Shown here in pieces: positions 19,111 to 26,753 of a stretch of 36,065 bases of DNA. Below the pieces are notes generated by a model. The model worked only from the letters and a program-made list of their open reading frames with translations, made no database searches and had not been told where the DNA came from. The number at the start of each line of letters is the position of its first letter. The first letter of the stretch is position 1. The DNA comes from a virus (Duplodnaviria; Caudoviricetes): the IMG/VR virus record IMGVR_UViG_3300022074_006436, positions 1-36,065 of that record; one strand, 5' to 3'. The position numbers were made by a program, and so were the translations under genes.

Positions 19111-19119
19111 ATTATAGCA
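19111..19119 (-). promoter_or_regulatory. Sigma70 extended -10 promoter (TGnTATAAT)
   Basis: GTGTGCTATAATATAAC directly after the stop of 19123..19302. No recognisable -35. Confidence 0.6.
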
Positions 19120-19122
19120 CAC

Positions 19123-19302
19123 TTATTCTTCTTTTGTATCTAATATATATTCAACGGTATTTGCAACATCATCCATAGCATCACGCAACATTGGTTGTTG
19201 TCCAGAATGTTGTTCTATCTTGGTAACACCATTCCTAAATTCTTCAGATAAAGTCCATCTCCATTGTCCCATACTTTTAGAATACCACAAGTTAATTTTC
19301 AT
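19123..19302 (-). CDS. Small hypothetical protein, 59 aa
   Basis: Below the ORF-track cutoff: MKINLWYSKSMGQWRWTLSEEFRNGVTKIEQHSGQQPMLRDAMDDVANTVEYILDTKEE. Packs tightly after the upstream gene. Confidence 0.75.
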   Translation of the reverse strand: MKINLWYSKSMGQWRWTLSEEFRNGVTKIEQHSGQQPMLRDAMDDVANTVEYILDTKEE

Positions 19303-19307
19303 AATTT

Positions 19308-19574
19308 TCAGTCAGTTGGCATAATTTCTGGATTTTTCAATTCTACATCAAACAACATAGGATGACACTGTTCTTGAATTAAATAATTTGATGCTTCATA
19401 TACATGATCTATAGAATAACGTTTTTCTTGATCAGCAAGTTCAATAATTTTTGGTTCTTCCAACCAGTCATCAATTTCGTCAAATGTAAATGGCATACCT
19501 TGAATGAAATACATAAGGACTATTTGTTTTCCTTGATCATACCAAACGTATCTGGCATCAATTTCGTATTTCAT
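19308..19574 (-). CDS. Small acidic hypothetical protein, 88 aa
   Basis: ORF track gives 19308..19583. ATG 19574 (MKYEIDARY) is preceded by SD-like AGTAGGT. Confidence 0.75.
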   Translation of the reverse strand: MKYEIDARYVWYDQGKQIVLMYFIQGMPFTFDEIDDWLEEPKIIELADQEKRYSIDHVYEASNYLIQEQCHPMLFDVELKNPEIMPTD

Positions 19575-19601
19575 AGGTAGCACCTACTTTCGTATATTTA
19601 G

Positions 19602-19686
19602 TGCGAGTGGGGGGACTTGAACCCCCACGGGATTAACTCCCAACAGATTTTAAGTCTGGTGCGTCTACCGATTCCGCCACACTCGC
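19602..19686 (-). tRNA. trnL: tRNA-Leu (anticodon UAA), no encoded CCA
   Basis: GCGAGTG acceptor stem pairs with CACTCGC-A. D-arm TGGCGGAATCGGTAGACGC, anticodon loop CTTAAAA, long variable arm GGGAGTTAATCCC, T-arm GGGGGTTCAAGTCCCCC. Confidence 0.95.
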
Positions 19687-19691
19687 AAAAA

Positions 19692-19844
19692 TCACTCCTC
19701 CCAAGTAGGATGGTGAAATCTACAATATTCGTTGAATGTAATCTTCATCTCTTTATTTGTCAACCCGCAATTTTCTGCTGCTTTTGGTAGATTCCATTTT
19801 GCTGCAAATAACATTTCCATAGATTGACGTGTTTCTGGTCTCAT
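19692..19844 (-). CDS. Small hypothetical protein, 50 aa, possible helix-turn-helix
   Basis: MRPETRQSMEMLFAAKWNLPKAAENCGLTNKEMKITFNEYCRFHHPTWEE. NLPKAAENCGLT resembles a Fis-type HTH pattern. Confidence 0.65.
   Translation of the reverse strand: MRPETRQSMEMLFAAKWNLPKAAENCGLTNKEMKITFNEYCRFHHPTWEE
19735..19763 (-). promoter_or_regulatory. Possible internal sigma70 promoter for the tRNA
   Basis: TTGACA-N17-TACATT inside the 50-aa ORF, about 50 nt upstream of the tRNA. Confidence 0.35.
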
Positions 19845-19976
19845 ACTTATAACACTTGATAATTTCGTCGTAAAAAGATTCTGTGTATTTAATCATTTTT
19901 TTTAAAAAACCCTACAGGTCAAAAAATTTGGCGAATTTTTTTTCGCCCTTTTTTGGAATTAAAAGTCAATTTTGGT

Positions 19977-20156
19977 TTAGAGGGGTGAGTAAGCAAGAGT
20001 ATCTTCGTCAAGAAGATGGCGACACACTTCAAGCACAGACAGGAACTGATCTACGGTCTCACATTCTATCACACGATCATCACCTTGCTCAGAATAGATA
20101 TAGAAACTACGCTTAACAGGATCAACGACGCAACGGGTTAGGTAGTCTTCTTGCAT
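19977..20156 (-). CDS. Small hypothetical protein, 59 aa
   Basis: MQEDYLTRCVVDPVKRSFYIYSEQGDDRVIECETVDQFLSVLEVCRHLLDEDTLAYSPL. First gene after a consensus promoter. Confidence 0.75.
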   Translation of the reverse strand: MQEDYLTRCVVDPVKRSFYIYSEQGDDRVIECETVDQFLSVLEVCRHLLDEDTLAYSPL

Positions 20157-20179
20157 GTGGTTCGTTTGATTACCTGTTT

Positions 20180-20208
20180 ATTATAGGGTAACGATCAATC
20201 CATGTCAA
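20180..20208 (-). promoter_or_regulatory. Consensus sigma70 (early-type) promoter
   Basis: TTGACA (20203-20208), 17-nt spacer, TATAAT (20180-20185). Confidence 0.9.
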
Positions 20209-20530
20209 CCCTTTGCTCCACTTTAAGACGTGGCACATCCATCCGCTCCGCAACGATAAGATAGTAAGCATCAATCGGCATACCACCCTGAGGTTGTAAG
20301 TGAACCATCTCTTCATCAACACGCTTAACAATGATATTTTGGTGAGCACCAATTGGTGTTAGATGTACTGAAATAGATCTATAGTCTACTAATCCTTCCC
20401 AATAGTTTGGAAGTTTGATTTCGGTTTTACTGGTAATTCTACCGCGAAAATAAACAGCATTTTCTGGTCCAAGTAACCCTTCAAGATTAAGATTATAATT
20501 TTCGATTGAAGGGTGTGATAGTGTAGTCAT
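20195..20530 (-). CDS. Stand-alone paralog of the C-terminal domain of 21981..22988 (putative chaperone)
   Basis: GPENAVYFRG..IKLPNYWEGLVDY..ISVHLTPIG aligns with GPEAGIYVRG..IELPEYWQGLVDY..ITVSLTPFG. Confidence 0.75.
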   Translation of the reverse strand: MTTLSHPSIENYNLNLEGLLGPENAVYFRGRITSKTEIKLPNYWEGLVDYRSISVHLTPIGAHQNIIVKRVDEEMVHLQPQGGMPIDAYYLIVAERMDVPRLKVEQRVDMD

Positions 20531-21981
20531 GTTTCTATTTCCTCTTGAGTGAGATATTCGAGTAAGACATCTAGGCGATTTTTTTCATCAATTTCTGAAC
20601 CAATGGCAGAACGACATGCGTGAATACGTGCATTGTAATTATTATCTCTTTCATTACGAAGAGCATTAACTGCCTGAACTCTTTTATTAAATCTACCCAA
20701 GTCTGATGCAAGTGAAGATTCTTTTGCATCGCGATCTGCTATTGCATCTGTGAGCGCATCATCTATCTGCGAAGAACATGAAGGAGCAGCTTCATATAAT
20801 GGATTAGTTGAAAGTTGTACTGGATCTAGGTCACTAATGCGAAGATCACCAGCTTCTACAGGATTTCCTGATATGTCTACTGGTCTTTCTGCAAATCCTT
20901 CAACATAAACAATTTGACCTGCACCAACTGGTGGTGGTTTTACATCAGGAATTTCTGGTTCATATCCTTCAATTGCATTTTCTGGTTTCCAACTTTTAGT
21001 AGCAGAAGATAGACCAGAATTTGTATAAAATACAGATATTCCTATTCCAAGAGTATCTCCCGTAACAATTCCATGTTTTTCTGGCGAAAATGGATTTTTG
21101 TCAAAAGGTATAGCATAATCATTGTATGTTTTAATTCCAACCGGATTATCAATTACAGTAAAATCGACAAAACTTCCATCAGATTCTGGTGCTGTTGCAA
21201 ATCCAATTGCAGGATCTTCAAGTTCTATGACAAGAACAGATGTAACTCCCAATCCAGCAGATACTACACTCATATCAATAATTGCCGAGGAAAATCCAAC
21301 AATCGTATTCACCTCATTACTAAACACACCAAGTTTATCACAAATAATACGTTGACCTATTTCAAAATCTTCAAAAAGATTATCTGAATACCGACTCATC
21401 ATCGTTAAAGCAGTTGATCCAAACCCAACGATTCCGATAAAACTGGCTACAGTAGTATCACCGATATCCTTAGTTATTGGTTGATCTACATACTTTAATC
21501 CATAAAAATTATCAACAGTAAATCCCGAATTATCTTGTAGGTTCGTACTTCCATCGGGCATTTCTACTTCCTGATGAGAACTAGTAATTCCTGCACTGGT
21601 GGTATATTTAAATAAACAAGTTCCAACTCCTGTAGATATTTCGGGATCTGCAAGTTGTGGATATCCATTCTTTGATATCTGAGTACACTGCAAAGTGTAG
21701 TTATTACTTACTTGCTGACCCGTGCCTTGGGTCACTCCAATAATTCTCCAAAATAAATTAGAACGGCAACCCGCATCGACTCTATTTTGATATGCAATTC
21801 CCACATCTGCAATAGATTGATTGACAATATTAATTTGTTTTACCAACTTTTTATCAATCTTTTTAATCTCTGAATCATATTCTTCCTTTTCAGCATCAGC
21901 GACGAGAATCTCTTCAACCATATATTCTATGGATTCATCTGCTTGCTTTTTTCTTTCTGCAATTTTTTTTCTCATTCCCAT
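20527..21981 (-). CDS. Hypothetical baseplate-region protein with coiled-coil termini and a beta-rich core
   Basis: 484-aa ORF overlapping both neighbours in a way consistent with translational coupling. Confidence 0.75.
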   Translation of the reverse strand: MGMRKKIAERKKQADESIEYMVEEILVADAEKEEYDSEIKKIDKKLVKQINIVNQSIADVGIAYQNRVDAGCRSNLFWRIIGVTQGTGQQVSNNYTLQCTQISKNGYPQLADPEISTGVGTCLFKYTTSAGITSSHQEVEMPDGSTNLQDNSGFTVDNFYGLKYVDQPITKDIGDTTVASFIGIVGFGSTALTMMSRYSDNLFEDFEIGQRIICDKLGVFSNEVNTIVGFSSAIIDMSVVSAGLGVTSVLVIELEDPAIGFATAPESDGSFVDFTVIDNPVGIKTYNDYAIPFDKNPFSPEKHGIVTGDTLGIGISVFYTNSGLSSATKSWKPENAIEGYEPEIPDVKPPPVGAGQIVYVEGFAERPVDISGNPVEAGDLRISDLDPVQLSTNPLYEAAPSCSSQIDDALTDAIADRDAKESSLASDLGRFNKRVQAVNALRNERDNNYNARIHACRSAIGSEIDEKNRLDVLLEYLTQEEIET

Positions 21982-22988
21982 TATTGATATCCTCCGATTA
22001 TGTAATCATCATTATTTCCGGGGTAATCTGCAGGACTGTCTCCATCATACACCACATGCAGTTTTTCATCAAGATTGTTTGGATTAATATGTCTAGCAAC
22101 CCAAATTTCATAAAAACATTTAACTTGTATTAAATGATCTGAAGAAACAATCACTTTATCTTCTGTAATATTTTTTACGTATAAAGATTTATCAGGTTTT
22201 CCAAAGGGTGTAAGAGATACTGTAATTGTATCATAATCAACTAGACCTTGCCAATATTCTGGCAGTTCAATGACATTTGAACCCTCAAGTTTTCCACGAA
22301 CATAGATTCCTGCTTCAGGACCCTCTGCACAAATGTGACGAATTCTTTTATTTTCTTTTACTGCATGTGGAATATCAAATGATTTGTTTCCTGTTGCCCT
22401 ACCAACAACAACTGGTGTTTTGGAAACTGGATTAGCAACTATACCATTATTTTTTAAGACACCATTTTGTGCTTTTGCTCCACTAGAAACAAAAGAACCT
22501 ATCTTTGATTCCTTTCCGATCAATGATCGAACAGTTTTTGCAATATGAGCACCAATCTCAGATTCTAATCCAACTACTTTAAATGTTCCAACATGAGTTG
22601 TAGCAGGACAAACAATATTCATGGTCGTAGCAATAAGCATATTGACCTGCGTACTATTTACTGCAACGCCAACAGGTCCACTTGGATCACCAACCACAAC
22701 ATCAATTGGTGTTGGAACAAATCCTCGACTTGTAACTTTAAATATTGATAAGTTCGCTGCAGCTTTTGGATTTGTAACAATTGGTGCTCTTGTAAACCCA
22801 ACAACAGTCTCTCCAGGGACAAATATTGGCGAACCGATATGAAGACCACCATCAGCCCATATAGTTCCAGGAACAGTAGATCCTTGCGTTGCTGATTGAT
22901 GTGCAAGGTTTGGTAGTCCTGGTGCTGCACCAAGACTTCCTGCTGTAACTTGTATTTGGGTGCCGACGTGTAAACTATTTATTTCCAT
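21981..22988 (-). CDS. Spike/needle-associated protein with C-terminal KSFDIPH..EGPE domain
   Basis: 335 aa, lies downstream of the gp5-like genes, beta-strand periodicity. Confidence 0.6.
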   Translation of the reverse strand: MEINSLHVGTQIQVTAGSLGAAPGLPNLAHQSATQGSTVPGTIWADGGLHIGSPIFVPGETVVGFTRAPIVTNPKAAANLSIFKVTSRGFVPTPIDVVVGDPSGPVGVAVNSTQVNMLIATTMNIVCPATTHVGTFKVVGLESEIGAHIAKTVRSLIGKESKIGSFVSSGAKAQNGVLKNNGIVANPVSKTPVVVGRATGNKSFDIPHAVKENKRIRHICAEGPEAGIYVRGKLEGSNVIELPEYWQGLVDYDTITVSLTPFGKPDKSLYVKNITEDKVIVSSDHLIQVKCFYEIWVARHINPNNLDEKLHVVYDGDSPADYPGNNDDYIIGGYQ

Positions 22989-22991
22989 TTT

Positions 22992-23603
22992 TTACCCTAT
23001 AATACTCTCGATGAATTTTTGAGTAGCAATAAATCGTTGTGCAATAGTAAGATTTCCAGTGGACGCTGCCAATGGAGCTGCATCAACACCTTCAATGCAC
23101 TTTATCAAACCTTCAAGAAATATTCTTCCTGTACTGTCAATTTTTATTCTTTTCTCACCTTCAAGAGATAATGTATCTTTTGCAGATAATGTAATGTCTG
23201 TTGAGTTAATTTCAGTTGAAGCATTAGATTCAATAACAACATTCCCCGTTGTAGCCCCATCACCAGAAGCAAGTATTTCAATATCCTGCGCAAAGATTAT
23301 AACTTTTCCTTCCGGTGCTCCTATTACAATGTTGCCATTTTCTGCATACCAAAAACCTGCAAGATCACCTGCCGGTTTTTCGCCACAAATAATTTGATGA
23401 ACCGCAGGCGATCTTTGTATAGTAGAACCTTTTAATTTGCCCTCCATTTGCAAACCAATATAATGATCTTTTTTAAATTCAGGATCATTGAACATATTAC
23501 GAACCATGATCGCCATCTTTGATCCATTTGGCAGCACGGTGCCATACTGGACCTTGCCTTCATTGGTTCCTTTTTGTGCAAATGTATGTACTCTTCTCAT
23601 CAA
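22992..23603 (-). CDS. gp5 C-terminal-like (beta-helix spike) protein
   Basis: Short-period beta repeats (AENGNIVIGAPEGKVIIFAQDIEILA; ITLSAKDTLSLEG). ATGA overlap with the gp5-like gene. Confidence 0.55.
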   Translation of the reverse strand: MMRRVHTFAQKGTNEGKVQYGTVLPNGSKMAIMVRNMFNDPEFKKDHYIGLQMEGKLKGSTIQRSPAVHQIICGEKPAGDLAGFWYAENGNIVIGAPEGKVIIFAQDIEILASGDGATTGNVVIESNASTEINSTDITLSAKDTLSLEGEKRIKIDSTGRIFLEGLIKCIEGVDAAPLAASTGNLTIAQRFIATQKFIESIIG

Positions 23604-26509
23604 TTTTTACCTACACAATCAACGACACTGAGAATCTTCGTTCCTGATGGTATATCACCTGCAAGATCTTCCCTAATGAATGAAAGAACTGGGGTCAATC
23701 TTGCATTGTATCCAGTATCTGTATTTATTTGTACTTCTGGAATGGAATCAAATCCCATACCAGAATTAATGATATTTACGCCACTGATTCCACCATTGGT
23801 AATTTCCAATTCAATGTCTGCACCACCACCACCAATGATTGTGGCAGTATCGCCAGTTGTATAACCAAATCCAGGATTACCAATTTCAAAATCTCCAATA
23901 ATGGATATTAAATTATAACTACCACGAGTCGTGCCACCACCAGTTGGAAGTTGTTCGGGTGTTCCTGGAGGACATCCAGGAACAGTAAATGTAACACTAA
24001 ATTCAGGAATTTTACCCCATTCAGGATCATCTAATAAATCTTGCATTTTCTTGCCAATTCTTTCGGAGAACTTGTTCGTCAAGAAAAATCTTACATCTTG
24101 ATCAGAAAATCCTTGTTCCTTTGCAAGTCGAAGATCAAGAAACGCTCCAAATTGTTGCTTGATCCCAGTATCATAAGTTATTCCTTGAGTATAATCGAAG
24201 TTACTCATATCCTTAATTTTAGGACTAGTCCCCTTGATCACACATCCCGGTATCATATCCTGAGTAAAGTTTTCATCTATTAATATGGATTTTTTGCCGG
24301 GGACACCAACAACACCATCACCAAAAGTTATTCTATCTCCATAGTATGCAGTTATTGTGCTATCCTTACTATAAGGGGTGTCCCATTTATTATTCGCTCG
24401 ATAGACAGTTGTTTGACATCTACCTGACCGAGGTCGTCCTCCCTCACCTGATGTAGGAATGATTACATTATTTGGTGGACATCCTGGTGCGGTGATCGAC
24501 TCTTCAACTTCAGAGATATATTCGGGACTTCCTGCAAGATATACTAGATCTCCAATTTTTATATTAATAATATCACCTTCGTTAAAAGGTCCTTCCCATA
24601 CTTGAGTATCGGATCTTCTTATAGCACTCTGACAGCTGTTGGCAAAGATTCTTCCACCACCACCAAGACCTCCTTCAAGTATTGGCGGATAGTTATATCC
24701 AGGATCTTTTATTATTACGTTAACAATTCCAAGATTACCACCAGTAGTACCAATTCCTGTGGTTGGTACTGTTGGTGGTGAACCTAATCGAGTACGACTA
24801 CCAGTAGTGCCAATTCCAATATCGGTGGGGGGAATAAGAGGGATAAGAACACCATCACCATCACCATCACCACCAGGACCACCAGGACCACCAGTAGTAC
24901 CAATTCCAGGACCAGAGGGAGGATCTGGTACTGGACCTAAAACGGGAATAGCAATAGCACCTCTTCCAATACCACAACTATCTTTGATATCAATAAATGG
25001 TGGTTTTACCCAATTGCCAGATGTTATAATATCAACTCCTATAATTTCACCAAGTGTATTCACAACAGCATTACCAGTTGCTCCTCCACCTTCACCGCCC
25101 CAGAATACAACTTCCGGAGGTCCACATCTAAGAATATTACCAGGTCCACCAAGACAACCTTCAGCAGCAGCCAAAGCACCACCAAATGCATCACCAATAT
25201 CAAAATTTTGATTTGCCAAATCGGATGGTATATTGCCAACTGCAGTAAGTGCATCACCAATTCCTTTTGCGCTTTCAAATATTGAATTAAAATCTAAAGT
25301 TGGAGTAGGTGATACTGCACCATCTAAGAAGTTCCATTCATTTGTTACTGTACATACTGCTGGTGGTTTACAATCTAAGAAACCTAAAATAGATTCAACA
25401 AAGGAAAGAACACTATTAATAAAATTAGCACCCGCACCTAAAAGTTGTTGTATAGGTCCCAATATTGATCCAAGAATGGACTTGATTTGTGCCATCAAAT
25501 TTCCCAACAAAGTTGATAAGAAAGATTCTATGACACAAACTCCAGTGTTGATAAACTTATCAATAAAGTTTTTCAAAAACTTACTAATCAGACCCCTAAG
25601 GTTTTGCAGTATTTTAAGAAACATACAAGAAACTGCATCAAGTGCAAGATCACTTTTATCCAAGATTTCATATCTAAGATTGAGATATACATTCCCTAAG
25701 GTGTTATTAATAACTACATTAATACCACGCATTGTAGTTCTTCTTATCTCTTGTATTAACCAGGCAATTTTTTTTGAAAGGAAATTTGCTGCTTTATCTA
25801 CTTCCTCATTTATAGAATTTAAAAAGTCTTGACTTGTTGCTATGAAACTATCAGAACCAAGTAATTCTGTTCTTAGGTCTGATACATCTTTCATTAATTT
25901 TTCTATTCTACCATTAATTGCTGAAGTATCAACTTTAGCACATTTTGATGGTTGTGGTAGTTTTATTGAGTAGTTATCTCTATTTAATTTTTTATCCGCT
26001 AAATTTGGAACACTGATATTCGCCTCACACCCTGGAGCAATTCCAGTTCCGGATGGATTTACACAATCCTCTGGAACAAAATATAGTGATGATCCAGGAA
26101 CATATCCACTGTCTTCTGGATTTATCTCATAATTTGGAAGTACATTTACAATCCAATAAAATGGTTGCCCCTCACGTTCACCATGCCTAATAACCTCAAC
26201 GTATGTGTTGGGTGGTAAGCGAAGTGGTGTGTCTCCATTTGCAAGTCCGGGTGGTCCGTAAGGAGTTGCCCAAGGAAGTTGTAAGGTTGGTGTTCCTTCT
26301 TCATGCTCACCTAATACGAATATTTTATATCCAGGACGATACTGACCCTTTTCTGTCGGATCAGTATCATATTTACCTTGTGGTAAAGTTGCAACATAAG
26401 CTATCTCAGACTCATTGCCGGGGGCAATTCGTGCAAGAGTGGGTTTGACTTCTGCATACCCACTCTTCTTTAAGATGGCAGAATTATAAAGCGTCCTGAT
26501 ATCTGACAT
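23600..26509 (-). CDS. gp5: Baseplate hub/central spike gp5-like protein (N-terminal OB-fold), no lysozyme domain recognised
   Basis: N-terminal YKIFVLGEH..LQLPWATP resembles the gp5/VgrG OB-fold motif. Helical middle region, IINSGMGF-type repeats, C-terminal VVDCVG. Follows the hub gene. Confidence 0.6.
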   Translation of the reverse strand: MSDIRTLYNSAILKKSGYAEVKPTLARIAPGNESEIAYVATLPQGKYDTDPTEKGQYRPGYKIFVLGEHEEGTPTLQLPWATPYGPPGLANGDTPLRLPPNTYVEVIRHGEREGQPFYWIVNVLPNYEINPEDSGYVPGSSLYFVPEDCVNPSGTGIAPGCEANISVPNLADKKLNRDNYSIKLPQPSKCAKVDTSAINGRIEKLMKDVSDLRTELLGSDSFIATSQDFLNSINEEVDKAANFLSKKIAWLIQEIRRTTMRGINVVINNTLGNVYLNLRYEILDKSDLALDAVSCMFLKILQNLRGLISKFLKNFIDKFINTGVCVIESFLSTLLGNLMAQIKSILGSILGPIQQLLGAGANFINSVLSFVESILGFLDCKPPAVCTVTNEWNFLDGAVSPTPTLDFNSIFESAKGIGDALTAVGNIPSDLANQNFDIGDAFGGALAAAEGCLGGPGNILRCGPPEVVFWGGEGGGATGNAVVNTLGEIIGVDIITSGNWVKPPFIDIKDSCGIGRGAIAIPVLGPVPDPPSGPGIGTTGGPGGPGGDGDGDGVLIPLIPPTDIGIGTTGSRTRLGSPPTVPTTGIGTTGGNLGIVNVIIKDPGYNYPPILEGGLGGGGRIFANSCQSAIRRSDTQVWEGPFNEGDIINIKIGDLVYLAGSPEYISEVEESITAPGCPPNNVIIPTSGEGGRPRSGRCQTTVYRANNKWDTPYSKDSTITAYYGDRITFGDGVVGVPGKKSILIDENFTQDMIPGCVIKGTSPKIKDMSNFDYTQGITYDTGIKQQFGAFLDLRLAKEQGFSDQDVRFFLTNKFSERIGKKMQDLLDDPEWGKIPEFSVTFTVPGCPPGTPEQLPTGGGTTRGSYNLISIIGDFEIGNPGFGYTTGDTATIIGGGGADIELEITNGGISGVNIINSGMGFDSIPEVQINTDTGYNARLTPVLSFIREDLAGDIPSGTKILSVVDCVGKN

Positions 26510-26736
26510 TAGTTATCGTGGGTTTTACACTCTGGTGCGCCTGGTTCTACTTCACAATACAGTTCAAGTGCAGATGGATCGTGATGATCTCCTGCTTCAA
26601 TTTCATCTTTATGATTTTCTACATAAACTTCAAGTTCATGCAGTTCGCCTTCAATGTGACGACGCTGCTGTGGAGAAGTTGTAGGATCCTCTAGGATCTT
26701 TTTATCCGTCTCAATGTGTGTTTCGATGTTTTCCAT
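26509..26736 (-). CDS. cp12: CP12 Calvin-cycle inhibitor (auxiliary metabolic gene)
   Basis: 75 aa, acidic. C-terminal LELYCEVEPGAPEC (C-x8-C) is the CP12 motif, and the PQQRRH..ELHELE..GDHHDP pattern is typical of picocyanobacterial and cyanophage CP12. Confidence 0.9.
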   Translation of the reverse strand: MENIETHIETDKKILEDPTTSPQQRRHIEGELHELEVYVENHKDEIEAGDHHDPSALELYCEVEPGAPECKTHDN

Positions 26737-26753
26737 TTGAGTTACTCCAAATA

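Noticed and set aside
19574-19586. TAGGT-GCT-ACCTA hairpin over the RBS of the 88-aa gene
   Set aside because: A 5-bp stem with a 3-nt loop is too weak to claim translational control.
19753-19896. Alternative minus-strand ORF MIKYTESFYDEIIKC...
   Set aside because: It overlaps the better-packed 50-aa ORF in another frame and has no SD. Cannot be supported, though not excluded.
19917-19968. TTGACT and TTGACC as -35 boxes in the A-tract region
   Set aside because: No acceptable -10 at 16-18 nt spacing.
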